A stretch of 64,000 nt of DNA, taken from positions 480,001-544,000 of the forward strand of contig CAVSCK010000005.1 of NCBI GenBank assembly GCA_963726455.1, in the 5' to 3' direction. The notes under the pieces were generated by a model. The model was not told where the DNA came from. It worked only from the letters and a program-made list of their open reading frames with translations, and did no database searches. The position numbers and the translations under genes were made by a program. Positions 10,349-20,266 of the stretch are shown in pieces; the stretch's first letter is position 1, and each line of letters starts with the position of its first letter. The stretch is from an uncultured bacterium (lineage in GTDB: Bacteria > Zixibacteria > MSB-5A5 > CAIYYT01).

Positions 10349-11283
10349 TTCTTCACCTGCTTGAGATGATGCGACAACAGGCAGGCGATCGAAATCGACG
10401 CCAGCTTGTTGAACGCCGTATCCGTCCGCGATACCAGGCTCACCGGCACCTTGGCGCCGATAATCACTCCGGCGAAGGTCGCCGGCGAGAACAGGATCAA
10501 CACCTTGGAGATGATGTTGCATTCCTCGATCGAATCGACCAGGAAGATGTCGGCGTCGCCCGCGACATAATTCTTGATGCCGCGTTTCAACGCGATCTCG
10601 CGCGAGGTCGCCGCCTCAAATGTGACCGGCCCGTAAATCTCGCAGTTGTTGATCTCGCCGTTCTTGTGCATTGATGTCAACTGCGCCGCCTCCGTCGTTG
10701 CCGGAATTCCCGGATGGATATAGTCCACCGGCCCGGACACCGCAACCTTCGGCTTTTCATATCCCAGCGTGTGGAACAGAGAAACGGCATTTTGAATCAA
10801 TTGAATCTTCTGCTCGAATGTCGGCTTGACCACCATTCCGCCGTCCGTGATGCCCAGAAGCTTGTGGTAGCCCGGGAATCCAAGCACCGCGACATGGCTC
10901 AATGTGTTCTGCGTACGCAGCGAAAAATCCTTGGACAGAACGGTTTTGAGCAGTGCCGATGTCGACAGGAATCCCTTCTGAATCAAGTCGGCCTCGCCCT
11001 TATCTGCCGCCTGTGCCGCCAGAAACGCTGACTTGCCGGCGCTGTCGCTCTCGACAATAGTGAACCCGGAAAAATCTATCGCGTTCTGCTGGCCGATTTC
11101 CTTGAGCTTCTTTTCGCAGCCGTACAGCGTAAACTTGGCGATCCCAAGTTTGGCTGCTTCCGAACAGGCGCGCAGAACATCATCGTCCTCGGCAGCCGCG
11201 ACGGCAACTCGGAACGGCCCGTTTTGAGCGCCCAGCGCTTTGGCGCGTTCGATTATCCCGTTGGCAGATGTGATCTTATCCAT
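10345..11283 (-). CDS. ptb: Phosphate butyryltransferase paralog 1
   Basis: 'VAVAAAED', 'LSHVAV', 'TDGGM', 'VAGDADI', 'LVSRTD'. Confidence 0.82.
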   Translation of the reverse strand: MDKITSANGIIERAKALGAQNGPFRVAVAAAEDDDVLRACSEAAKLGIAKFTLYGCEKKLKEIGQQNAIDFSGFTIVESDSAGKSAFLAAQAADKGEADLIQKGFLSTSALLKTVLSKDFSLRTQNTLSHVAVLGFPGYHKLLGITDGGMVVKPTFEQKIQLIQNAVSLFHTLGYEKPKVAVSGPVDYIHPGIPATTEAAQLTSMHKNGEINNCEIYGPVTFEAATSREIALKRGIKNYVAGDADIFLVDSIEECNIISKVLILFSPATFAGVIIGAKVPVSLVSRTDTAFNKLASISIACLLSHHLKQVKK

Positions 11284-11295
11284 ATTCTCAAGCGC

Positions 11296-11324
11296 AATTT
11301 AGAGATGTGCAATACATCTGTCAA
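11296..11324 (-). promoter_or_regulatory. Sigma70 promoter of ptb operon with palindromic operator in the spacer
   Basis: TTGACA-N17-TAAATT on minus strand; AGATGT-N5-ACATCT at 11303-11319. Confidence 0.6.
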
Positions 11325-11510
11325 CTCAAATGCGTACAAGAATCTTATCCAATTTGGCGCCTAATACAGACGTTTGCAGCTTCTTTCTCCTTGACTTTGA
11401 AGCCATCTTTGGGTATCGTGTGGCGTACTAATTCAAGTCTAGTAGAAATGTTCCGCTGATTCACTCAGAGTCCCGGTTATTCATTAGTCCTCTAACAGGA
11501 AAGGAGACAA

Positions 11511-12338
11511 ATGATGTCCGTCAAATTTCGACCAGTGTCTCTGGCAACACTGCTCGTGCTGATTGCAAGCGCCTTCTTCATCAGCACCTACTCACAAACC
11601 ACACCGGACGCACTGGAATTATTGTGCCGGGTCGATTCCGTGGCGACCAAAGTGCCGAATGACAGTATCGTCATTCCGATATACCTGAACAACGTCCTCG
11701 ACTCGGTATCCGGATTTCAATTATTCATCGCTTCCGCCGATCAATACCTGGTTCGCTTTGCCCCCGATTCCTCCCATGGCGCCGTTATCTGGGCCAAGTT
11801 TGATACTGTCGGCACGAGAAGCAGCGGCTGGTCGATAGCTTCACGAATATTGGATGATCTGGGGACCTTTGTCTTGATAAGTGGGATAGCGCCGCCCGGG
11901 CCCAACAGCCCCAATGGAATTCCCCCGGCCGACGGAGTGCTTATCAAGCTGATCGCCCAAACCAGCGGCAAGCCGCTCGGATACTCTGTAGTGCCGATAA
12001 TGCTGAATCACACTCAGACTCAGTTCGCAAATATGAGATTCCGAACCATTGGCTGCAATTACGACAGTCTGGGACATTGCACAATCGACACGACTAAACT
12101 GGTGTTACAGGACGGTAAAGTCTTCACCTATTTGTGCGGCGATGCTAATGCGGATAGCTCGGTAGACATCTCTGATCCCGTATACATGCTGCAATGTATC
12201 TTCATGGGCTGTGAATGGCCGGAGACTAATCGCACTATGGACGCCAACTGCGATCAGCAAGTGGATATTTCCGACATCGTGTATCTGATTCAGTACATCT
12301 TCTCCGGCGGGCCGGCGCCCTGCGCGAGTTGCCCATAG
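11511..12338 (+). CDS. Secreted cohesin-like + dockerin type I protein
   Basis: Signal peptide; 'DSIVIPIYLNNVLDSVSGFQL' cohesin-like start; C-terminal 'CGDANADSSVDISD...DANCDQQVDISDIVYLIQYIFSGGPAPC'; AAGGAG RBS. Confidence 0.85.
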   Translation: MMSVKFRPVSLATLLVLIASAFFISTYSQTTPDALELLCRVDSVATKVPNDSIVIPIYLNNVLDSVSGFQLFIASADQYLVRFAPDSSHGAVIWAKFDTVGTRSSGWSIASRILDDLGTFVLISGIAPPGPNSPNGIPPADGVLIKLIAQTSGKPLGYSVVPIMLNHTQTQFANMRFRTIGCNYDSLGHCTIDTTKLVLQDGKVFTYLCGDANADSSVDISDPVYMLQCIFMGCEWPETNRTMDANCDQQVDISDIVYLIQYIFSGGPAPCASCP

Positions 12339-12364
12339 CGGCTGAACCTGATTCTTAGTATTGA

Positions 12365-12394
12365 GGGTGCGAACTCCAACGGGGTTCGCACCCG
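12365..12394 (+). terminator. Hairpin / probable terminator
   Basis: GGGTGCGAACTCC-aac-GGGGTTCGCACCC after the dockerin gene. Confidence 0.6.
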
Positions 12395-12418
12395 TTCCTA
12401 TTGCTACTAGCGACTCCC

Positions 12419-12447
12419 TTGACATCTTCCGGCTCATCGTCTATCCT
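12419..12447 (+). promoter_or_regulatory. Sigma70 promoter of hbd-crt
   Basis: TTGACA-N17-TATCCT. Confidence 0.6.
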
Positions 12448-12485
12448 TGTCACCAATACATGTCTATGCACAAGTAGGAGGACAA

Positions 12486-13340
12486 ATGACTATCAAAAAA
12501 CTCGGGATTGTCGGCTTCGGACAGATGGGTTCAGGCATCGCGCAGGTTGCCGCCGCTGCCGGTTACCCCGTCGTCGCCAATGATGCCAAAGAGGAATACC
12601 TGAAGAAGGGACTCAGCCGCATCGAAGGTCTGCTCAATAAGGCCATCGAGAAAGGCAAGGCCACGGAAGACGACAAGAAGAAAGTTCTCGGCAATATTAC
12701 CACCAGCACCGACTTCGGCGCTTTTGCGGATTGCGACCTCGTTATCGAGGCCATCGTCGAACATCTCGATCCCAAAGTGCAAGTGTTCGAAACGCTCGAC
12801 CGCGTCTGCAAACCGTCCTGCATTCTCGCGTCGAATACTTCGTCATTGTCCATCACCGATATGGCCGTCGCCACGCGTCGTCGCAACCAGGTAGTCGGAC
12901 TGCACTTCTTCAATCCGGTTCCGGTGATGAAACTCGTCGAAGTTGTCCGCACCATCATGACTGATGACGAAACCTTCAACACCGCCGTCACCTTCGCCGA
13001 ATCAGTCGGCAAAACCATCGTGCGCGCCAAAGATACTTGCGGCTTTGTCGTTAACTTGCTGCTCGTCCCATATCTGATCGATGCCATCCGCTGGTACGAA
13101 CGCGGCCTGGCCAGCAAGGAAGACATCGACAACGGCATGAAACTCGGCTGCGCCCATCCGATGGGACCGTTGGAACTGACCGATTTTATCGGCCTGGACA
13201 CGATCCTTTACATCGGCAACATCATGTTCGAGGAATTCCACGAAACACATTATGCGCCGCCGCCGTTGCTCAAGCGCATGGTAAAAGCTGGATATCTCGG
13301 ACGCAAGAGCGGCCGCGGCTTCTACGAATACAGCAAGTGA
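12486..13340 (+). CDS. hbd: 3-hydroxybutyryl-CoA dehydrogenase
   Basis: 'GFGQMGSGIA', 'SNTSSLSI', 'HFFNPVPVMKLVE', 'HPMGPL'; GGAGG RBS before ATG 12486. Confidence 0.93.
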   Translation: MTIKKLGIVGFGQMGSGIAQVAAAAGYPVVANDAKEEYLKKGLSRIEGLLNKAIEKGKATEDDKKKVLGNITTSTDFGAFADCDLVIEAIVEHLDPKVQVFETLDRVCKPSCILASNTSSLSITDMAVATRRRNQVVGLHFFNPVPVMKLVEVVRTIMTDDETFNTAVTFAESVGKTIVRAKDTCGFVVNLLLVPYLIDAIRWYERGLASKEDIDNGMKLGCAHPMGPLELTDFIGLDTILYIGNIMFEEFHETHYAPPPLLKRMVKAGYLGRKSGRGFYEYSK

Positions 13341-13348
13341 GGTCTGTT

Positions 13349-14131
13349 ATGGAATATCAAAATATCATCGTCGAAACCACCGGCGCGAAAGCCAAAATCA
13401 CGATCAATCGCCCGAAAGCCCTCAACGCTCTCAACCGCGAAACACTGCGTGAAATCAAGGCCGCCTTCACCGAATTGGAGCAGGCGCACACCGTCCGCGT
13501 TTGCATCTTCACCGGCGCAGGCGAGAAGGCCTTTATTGCCGGCGCCGATATACCAGAGTTGAAAGAACTCGATGTCATCTCCGGCAAGGAATTCGTTGAA
13601 CTCGGGCACCAGACGTTCGCCCAAATCGAAAACTCCAAGATCGTCTCGATTGCCGCCATCAACGGCTTTGCCTTGGGAGGTGGTTGCGAGTTTGCGATGG
13701 CGACTGACATTCGTGTCGCCGCCGAAAACGCCAAACTGGGACAGCCGGAAGTCAACCTCGGCATCATCCCCGGCTTTGGCGGCACGCAACGTCTGACCCG
13801 TTTGGTCGGCAGAGGCCGCGCCAAGGAATTGATTATGACCGCGCGCATCATCACGGCCGAGGAAGCGCTCCGCATCGGTTTGGTCGAGGCCGTTGTGCCT
13901 GCCGACAAATTGGCTGAGGAGGTCAACAAGCTGGCCGATGTGATTATCTCCAAAGGTCCGCTGGCTGTGCAGTATGCTAAAGAGGTCATCGACCGTGGCA
14001 ATAACGTCGATCTCGCATCAGCCAACGCCTACGAAATGACGGCCTTTGCGGCGCTTTGCGAAACTGAAGACAAGAACGAAGGTCTCACTGCCTTCCTTGA
14101 GAAACGCGCCCCGGCCTTCAAGTCGAAGTAG
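13349..14131 (+). CDS. crt: Enoyl-CoA hydratase / crotonase
   Basis: 'AFIAGADI', 'ALGGGCE', 'GQPEVNLGIIPGFGGTQRL'. Confidence 0.92.
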   Translation: MEYQNIIVETTGAKAKITINRPKALNALNRETLREIKAAFTELEQAHTVRVCIFTGAGEKAFIAGADIPELKELDVISGKEFVELGHQTFAQIENSKIVSIAAINGFALGGGCEFAMATDIRVAAENAKLGQPEVNLGIIPGFGGTQRLTRLVGRGRAKELIMTARIITAEEALRIGLVEAVVPADKLAEEVNKLADVIISKGPLAVQYAKEVIDRGNNVDLASANAYEMTAFAALCETEDKNEGLTAFLEKRAPAFKSK

Positions 14132-14154
14132 AACTATAGAATGAATCCAAGGTA

Positions 14155-14450
14155 GTAGGTCGGGTTCCCAGCGCAGCGCGGAACCCGACACTTTCCGGTT
14201 GTGTCAGGTCCTGCGCACGACGAAGTCGGGCGTGTGACCTGACACGAAGCCGCCCTACGGAACCGCGTGGCGTCATTCCCACGAAAGTGGGAATCCAGGC
14301 TGATTCGCCCGTAGTCGCGCACGGCAGTGCGCAATTAATATGGGCGAATAACATCAGGAAAGCGTCAAAACCGAAGCGGTTTTGACCTACAAAACTACGA
14401 TTTATTGATGGAAGTTTCTCGTTCCGTCAGGTCCCCCGGCCTGACCCAGC
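14155..14450. repeat. Cluster of mixed REP-like palindromes
   Basis: GTAGGTCGGGTTCC..GGAACCCGAC; GTGTCAGGTC..GACCTGACAC; GTCATTCCCACGAAAGTGGGAATC; GTCAAAACCG..CGGTTTTGACCTAC; GTCAGG..CCTGAC. Confidence 0.8.
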
Positions 14451-14453
14451 AGG

Positions 14454-15395
14454 CTATGGCCTCACAACACCAATCTGGAAATGATGCTTGCCTACGAAGA
14501 CATTCAAATGCCCGCTGCCGCGGTTTGAGTTCGTCCAAAACGTGATAGTGTGGCCAAACCGCACCTCCACCACACCCAAATCAGAATTCGTGAGACTTAC
14601 TGAATCAATCGGCGGTATGCCGGCTATCACTATCTCTTGAAGAACGTTGCCTTCGGCCATCATGCCGCCAATCGTAACGATGCCGGCCTTCTGTGTATCC
14701 TTTTCCGTAATCAGAAATCTCAGTTTAGGTGGTCTAGCAGAATCAGCCGGATGTGACTCCACAGGAAAAGCATCTTTGTCAACGACCAACCGCTTCTGCC
14801 CCTGAATCTCGGGCGGTAGCTCATCCGACTTCTTAATCATCACACCGTTTCCCATATGGTGCCAACCGGTGTCCAGAACGACCGGCTTGGTGCGAGGGAT
14901 CGAATCTACCTTATCGACGATTCTCGACATAAACGCAAAGTGATTCCCGCGCTTACCTTGCGGATCCATATCACTTTTGGCAGTGCAAGACATGATAATA
15001 CCACCGATTTGGTAAGTTCCCTCAAGTGCAGCCATTTCAGAAACGAAATAGGTCTCGTTTCTACCCACTACGATTGGTGTTAACGGCGAAGTGTACTTCT
15101 TCTGTGAATTGTCAGGCCGCGTAATCACAATTTGCGCTTGCCACACCGAGTCCCACCCGCCACAGTCGGGCATCTTGGTAAATCTGAGTGTAATTTGCGC
15201 CTCCAGTTGATCGCCAGCCTTCATCGGCTTCTTTATGATGGTGAGTTCCCACGTTGCCGGCGGCTCTGGCGGGCGATAACTGAAATCGGACAACACGGAT
15301 GAGCGAGATTCTTCGGCAATGCAACAGCCCGTCGATAACACCAACCACAAAGTTGCCAGCCCCACTTTCATCAATATTGATCGTCTCTCGAACAT
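14454..15395 (-). CDS. Hypothetical secreted protein (possible lipoprotein)
   Basis: 313-aa ORF; hydrophobic N-terminus ending 'LSTGCC'; no family recognised. Confidence 0.65.
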   Translation of the reverse strand: MFERRSILMKVGLATLWLVLSTGCCIAEESRSSVLSDFSYRPPEPPATWELTIIKKPMKAGDQLEAQITLRFTKMPDCGGWDSVWQAQIVITRPDNSQKKYTSPLTPIVVGRNETYFVSEMAALEGTYQIGGIIMSCTAKSDMDPQGKRGNHFAFMSRIVDKVDSIPRTKPVVLDTGWHHMGNGVMIKKSDELPPEIQGQKRLVVDKDAFPVESHPADSARPPKLRFLITEKDTQKAGIVTIGGMMAEGNVLQEIVIAGIPPIDSVSLTNSDLGVVEVRFGHTITFWTNSNRGSGHLNVFVGKHHFQIGVVRP

Positions 15396-15505
15396 AAAAG
15401 CATCCCGCGTGAAGTGCCCTCTATTTCTCTCGACTGCGAATCCAAAGACAATATTATCTGTGTCCGTCGATGTGGCAAGAACGGTCTCGCGAATTCACGA
15501 CATCG

Positions 15506-15824
15506 TTTCTTTAGACTTACAACCGTGTCGCTGGATTATTCCCCCCCAAACACTAGCGCCGTCAGGATTCCTTCATTCTCGTTCCGTCAGGTCCTGCGCC
15601 GCGCCGGTTCCTGTTCCCTCTGTCAGCGCGTGTTTTCGCGGCGTGTGACCTGACGGCCTCACCTGTCTCACTCGTGTCAGGTCACACGGCTCTCCCACAT
15701 CACAACCCACCACCCGCCGCAGGACCTGACACAACACAAAATCATTTCTCTAGACCTACCACCGCGTCGCTGGATTATTCCCACCAAAACAATCGCGCCG
15801 TCAGGAATCCTTCCTGACGGCGCC
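15506..15824. repeat. About 70-bp imperfect direct repeat flanking two inverted GTCAGGTC...GACCTGAC elements
   Basis: TAGAC..CGCTGGATTATTCCC..CGCCGTCAGGA occurs at ~15506 and ~15745; palindromic elements at 15585-15655 and 15672-15734. Confidence 0.75.
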
Positions 15825-15850
15825 TTATACTAAAATGTCTGACCGGTTAA

Positions 15851-16819
15851 TTACTCGTAATCTGACTCGAGATAATCCAGCGTCGCTGCTTGTCTGTGCA
15901 GCCGTTCGGATAAACGCTTCGACAATTCCACCGCGGCGTTCTCGCCATAAACCTTCAGCATGTGATTCATCGCGATGACTTCCGAAATAACCGTGATGTT
16001 TTTCCCCGGCGAAATCGGAATCACGACCACCGGAATCTCGACACCCAAAATCGTCGTGTAACGGTCCTCCAGCCCCAGTCGTTCGTACTCGGCGCCACCC
16101 TCCCAGTAGGTCAGCCGAACTTCGACCTCGACCCGCTTCTGCAGTCGGATGGCGCGGATGCCGAACAACTTCTCGATGTCGATAATCCCGATGCCGCGGA
16201 CTTCCATATGATGTCCGAGCAATTCGTTCGATGCCCCGATGATCGTTGTCTGCGTCTTTCTGGTCAGCTTGACCATATCGTCCGCCACCAGGCGATGTCC
16301 GCGCTCGACCAAATCCAGCGCGCATTCCGACTTGCCGATACCCGATTTGCCGGTATACAGCAAACCCACACCGTACACGTCAACCAACGTACCGTGCTTG
16401 GTGATCGAAGGCGCAAAGAAGTTGTCGAGAAACAGCGAGAGGCGGTTGATCAGTTCCGTCGTCGAAAATCGCGTTGACAACAGCGGCAGTTTGTTCTTGT
16501 TGCAAATGTCCAGAAGCTCGCGTGACGGCACGATACCCTTGGTGGCTATCAGCATCGGAATATCGAACTTCATCACCTTGGTGAGCGCATCGATTCGTTC
16601 TTGCGGCGACAACGATTGAAGATAGGTCAGTTCCGTCTCGCCGAGCACCTGAACGCGCTTGTAGGCAAATCGATCGGTGTATCCGGTGAGCGCCAGCCCC
16701 GGGCGAAATATCTCATTCGTCTGAATCTGGCGCGGCAGTCCCTCGGTGCCTGCCAGTAATGTCAGATCCAGAAGTTCGCGGCGTTCTTTGTACAGCTTGT
16801 CAACGGTCAACGACGGCAT
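15851..16819 (-). CDS. hprK: HPr kinase/phosphorylase
   Basis: 'GKSGIGKSECALDLVERGHRLVADD', 'MEVRGIGII'. Confidence 0.97.
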   Translation of the reverse strand: MPSLTVDKLYKERRELLDLTLLAGTEGLPRQIQTNEIFRPGLALTGYTDRFAYKRVQVLGETELTYLQSLSPQERIDALTKVMKFDIPMLIATKGIVPSRELLDICNKNKLPLLSTRFSTTELINRLSLFLDNFFAPSITKHGTLVDVYGVGLLYTGKSGIGKSECALDLVERGHRLVADDMVKLTRKTQTTIIGASNELLGHHMEVRGIGIIDIEKLFGIRAIRLQKRVEVEVRLTYWEGGAEYERLGLEDRYTTILGVEIPVVVIPISPGKNITVISEVIAMNHMLKVYGENAAVELSKRLSERLHRQAATLDYLESDYE

Positions 16820-16833
16820 AGTCTACAGTGCTC

Positions 16834-17190
16834 TTAAAGTTCGACCTCATCGACGCTGGTGGTAAGATCGACTTTTTCCTTCTTGTCGGAAACGATTTTC
16901 TGTTTGCGGTCTTTGATCTTTCCTTTGTGGCGCTTCAGTTGCGTCGCCATCTTGTCCGTCACTTCCTCGATGGTGGCGAACATATCTTCGGTTGAGGCCT
17001 TGGCTACCAGATTGGAGCGGGATACATTCATGGTCAGCTCGCCGTCAAACCGATGTTTGTCCTGTGACAGCACCAGACTCGCCGAGATGATATTGTCAAA
17101 AAACTTCTCGAGTTTCTCAATCTCCGAAGTGGCGCGACCTTTGATGTCGTCATTCAGCTCGATTCGGCGGCCGGTTACTTTGATTTTCAT
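16834..17190 (-). CDS. hpf: Ribosome hibernation factor (RaiA/HPF)
   Basis: 'MKIKVTGRRIEL..KLEKFFD..QLKRHKGK'; AAGGAG RBS; located after rpoN. Confidence 0.9.
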   Translation of the reverse strand: MKIKVTGRRIELNDDIKGRATSEIEKLEKFFDNIISASLVLSQDKHRFDGELTMNVSRSNLVAKASTEDMFATIEEVTDKMATQLKRHKGKIKDRKQKIVSDKKEKVDLTTSVDEVEL

Positions 17191-17378
17191 AAAACGACTC
17201 CTTTCCAGTCGGTTTATTTTCGCCCACAGAAGCAAAACCCGCGGTTTTCGCCCCCGTTGGGTTTGGGATTGAGGAAAGTATTAGATGCTGGTTGTCCGAA
17301 ACAATTGCTCATTTGCACTTCATGAGGAACATACGTACCTCACATCCCATTGCAAAAGAGGAAAAGGCCTTCCAGGCC

Positions 17379-18776
17379 CTATGTCGTTGCCCGACGCCGG
17401 AAGCGCGCGGGCTGTATCCTTAATTCCTCGCGGTACTTCGTCACCGTCCGGCGCGCGATACTGATCTCCTTCTGCTTCAGCATCTTGAAGATCTCCTGAT
17501 CCGACAACGGCTTAGCCGGGTCCTCGGAATTGATAATCTGCTCGATTTCCTGCTTGACCGTCCGCTTGGCCAATTGTTCGCCGTTTTCGGTGTTTACGCC
17601 GGAATTGAAGAAGTACTTTATTTCGAAGACGCCGTGCGGCGTCTGAACATACTTGTCGCTCGATACGCGCGAGATCGTTGCCACGTTCATCCCGACTATA
17701 TCCGCGATCTTTTCCATCGTCAGCGGCTTGAGAAATTCGACACCCTTCTCGAACCACTCGATCTGCTCGCGCACGATCGCCTGCATCACCCGGATCATCG
17801 TATTGCGCCGTTGATTGATCGCGTTCAGCAGCCAGCGCGCCTGCTCCAGCTTCTCCCTGACATATTGTTTGGTCTCTTTGGGAGTAGTGTTTCCCCGCTT
17901 GAGCAATTCCTTGTAGCCCGCGTTCACCCGCAGTTGCGGAATACTGCGATCATTGTGCGAGATCACATACTCTTCGCCGATCTTTTCAACAATCAAGTCG
18001 GGAATGACCGCGGCGGCGGCACGGGAGAATTTTCCAAAGGCCGGATGCGGCGACAACGACTTGATTACTTCCATCGCTTCCTGCACGCGCTCCAGCGAAA
18101 CGCCCAATGATTTCGCCAGTTGGAAATAGCTCTTCTTGTCGAGTGTTTCCAGATGTTCCTCGACAATACGATACGTCAGATTGTTCTCGATTGCCCGCTC
18201 ACGCAATTGCAGCTGCAATGATTCTTTCAGATCGCGCGCGCCGACTCCCGGCGGATCGAATCGCTGAATCTTTACCAGAATCCTCTCCACCCGGTCGGGA
18301 TCGACCTTGAGTGTCTCTGCCAGCTCTTCAATGGAACATGACAGAAAACCGGATTCGTCAATGTTGCCGATTATGAACTCGCCGATTTCAATATCCTCGG
18401 CGGAGAGCTTGAGATAACTCAGTTGTTCCAGCAGATGTTCGTATAGCGACTTCTCGCAGGCGACACCAAACTCCGGAAGATCACGCTGCTCACTTTTGTA
18501 TTCCCTCGCATCGTACTCGCCGTCATCGCGCAGATAATCTTCCCAGTCAACCGTATCTTCTTCATTGCCGTTTTGATTCTCGGCAACCAGTTCCGACTCC
18601 TGCGGGGATTCCTGCTCCAACTCCTGCGTTTCCACTTCTTCCAATAGTGGATTTACTGCGAGCTCATGCCGAAGTACCTGCTCCAGTTTCAAAACCGGCA
18701 TCTGCAGCATTTTCAAAGATTGAATGAGCTGCGGCGCCAGCTTCTGAGTCATTTTCAATGTGAGGTCGAGGCGCAT
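17379..18776 (-). CDS. rpoN: RNA polymerase sigma-54 factor
   Basis: 'PQLIQSLKMLQ', 'NPLLE', RpoN box 'ARRTVTKYRE'. Confidence 0.98.
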   Translation of the reverse strand: MRLDLTLKMTQKLAPQLIQSLKMLQMPVLKLEQVLRHELAVNPLLEEVETQELEQESPQESELVAENQNGNEEDTVDWEDYLRDDGEYDAREYKSEQRDLPEFGVACEKSLYEHLLEQLSYLKLSAEDIEIGEFIIGNIDESGFLSCSIEELAETLKVDPDRVERILVKIQRFDPPGVGARDLKESLQLQLRERAIENNLTYRIVEEHLETLDKKSYFQLAKSLGVSLERVQEAMEVIKSLSPHPAFGKFSRAAAAVIPDLIVEKIGEEYVISHNDRSIPQLRVNAGYKELLKRGNTTPKETKQYVREKLEQARWLLNAINQRRNTMIRVMQAIVREQIEWFEKGVEFLKPLTMEKIADIVGMNVATISRVSSDKYVQTPHGVFEIKYFFNSGVNTENGEQLAKRTVKQEIEQIINSEDPAKPLSDQEIFKMLKQKEISIARRTVTKYREELRIQPARFRRRATT

Positions 18777-18846
18777 AGTATCTACTTGTCCAGTAATAAC
18801 TTACCTAATGCATTGTCTCTATTGGTATTATCGGCTGCTTTTCCCA

Positions 18847-19572
18847 TCAATTTAGCCGGAACTTCTCGCCCAGATAAATCTTCCGCGCCTCCGGATCGGA
18901 GGCCAGGAATTCGGCGCTTCCGGCTTTTAGGATTTTCCCGTCACACATGATATACGCACGGTCTATCGTTTGTAATGTTTCGCGCACATTATGGTCGGTG
19001 ATCAATATCCCTAACCCTCTTTCTTTGAGCGAGTTAATGATACGCTGGATATCCTCCACCGCGATCGGGTCGATTCCCGAAAAAGGTTCGTCCAGGAGCA
19101 TAAAACTTGGGTCAAGAACCAGCGCCCGCGCAATCTCGACGCGGCGGCGTTCGCCACCAGACAATTGATAACCACGCGACTTCGCCAGCGATATCACATT
19201 TAGTTCTTCCAATATCTTCGTAACCCGTTCGGTTCGAGCTTTCCGAGACATTTTCAACGTCTCCGCCACCGCCATCACATTCTGCCAGACAGTCAATTTG
19301 CGGAATACCGATGGTTCCTGTGCCAGATAACCGATACCGAGTCGAGCGCGCTTATACATCGGCAATCCGCCGATATCTCTGTCATCCAAAAGCACTCTGC
19401 CTGACTGCGGTCGAATAAAACCAATCACCATATAGAACGTTGTGGTCTTGCCGGCGCCATTTGGACCCAGCAAGCCAACTACTTCGCCTTGATTGACTTC
19501 AATTGAGACCTCATCTACCACTTTGCGCTTGCGGTAGAACTTGACCAGATTTTCAGAGTAGAGTCTCTTCAT
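18847..19572 (-). CDS. lptB: LPS export ABC transporter ATPase
   Basis: '[13 protein letters not shown]', '[13 protein letters not shown]', '[10 protein letters not shown]'. Confidence 0.97.
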   Translation of the reverse strand: MKRLYSENLVKFYRKRKVVDEVSIEVNQGEVVGLLGPNGAGKTTTFYMVIGFIRPQSGRVLLDDRDIGGLPMYKRARLGIGYLAQEPSVFRKLTVWQNVMAVAETLKMSRKARTERVTKILEELNVISLAKSRGYQLSGGERRRVEIARALVLDPSFMLLDEPFSGIDPIAVEDIQRIINSLKERGLGILITDHNVRETLQTIDRAYIMCDGKILKAGSAEFLASDPEARKIYLGEKFRLN

Positions 19573-19648
19573 CACCTAATATATACCGTTCCTCAGGTTT
19601 TGTCTGCAACATATTACCGTCGGCGGCGCTTTCGGGTAAAGTTTTTGC

Positions 19649-20266
19649 TTACCGCGGATTTGCCGCCTTTGACAGCGCCTGCTTAATCCACGGGAGCTTC
19701 GCCTGCCAGAAGCGACTGACATCCGCCTCAGTAACGACCCTACCCTCTAATGACAACAACACAAACGAGTCGCCCTTCGGCATCAGCCACCCGGTCTCCA
19801 CGACACCGAACAGCGAAAACGGCCCGAACGACACTGCAATCGGTTCGGCCCCGGTGAAACCCTTCTCCTGCAGATATTCCCTGGCGCCGGCGGAACTCAG
19901 TAGCTGGAGCTTGACTGACTTGAGCACCGGCTCATTGGCCACTCTGGTCACCCAGGAACGCATCGGGTCGTCTTTGTATACCGCCACCAGCCGACCATCT
20001 CGCATCACAGGAACGATGATCGAATTGCGAGTTTCCTCGCCATAGCCGAGTACTCTCAGCGGGGTTCCGAGCGAGTCAGATTTGGAGCCGCTTCTTTCCA
20101 ATTCTGTCCGCACCATCTTCAGGAATTGCTCTGTTGACACCTGCCCAATTGCCGAGCACCAAGCAGCCAGCACAAGAAGGAGCGAGACGGCAGAAACGGG
20201 AGCAAGTCTGAGGCGTAAGTAGCCGCTTTGTCTCCCGCATATCAGATCATTGTGATGGCGTTTCAT
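19649..20266 (-). CDS. Hypothetical exported protein in the lptA position
   Basis: Overlaps lptC stop; hydrophobic signal segment; not recognisably LptA. Confidence 0.7.
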   Translation of the reverse strand: MKRHHNDLICGRQSGYLRLRLAPVSAVSLLLVLAAWCSAIGQVSTEQFLKMVRTELERSGSKSDSLGTPLRVLGYGEETRNSIIVPVMRDGRLVAVYKDDPMRSWVTRVANEPVLKSVKLQLLSSAGAREYLQEKGFTGAEPIAVSFGPFSLFGVVETGWLMPKGDSFVLLSLEGRVVTEADVSRFWQAKLPWIKQALSKAANPR

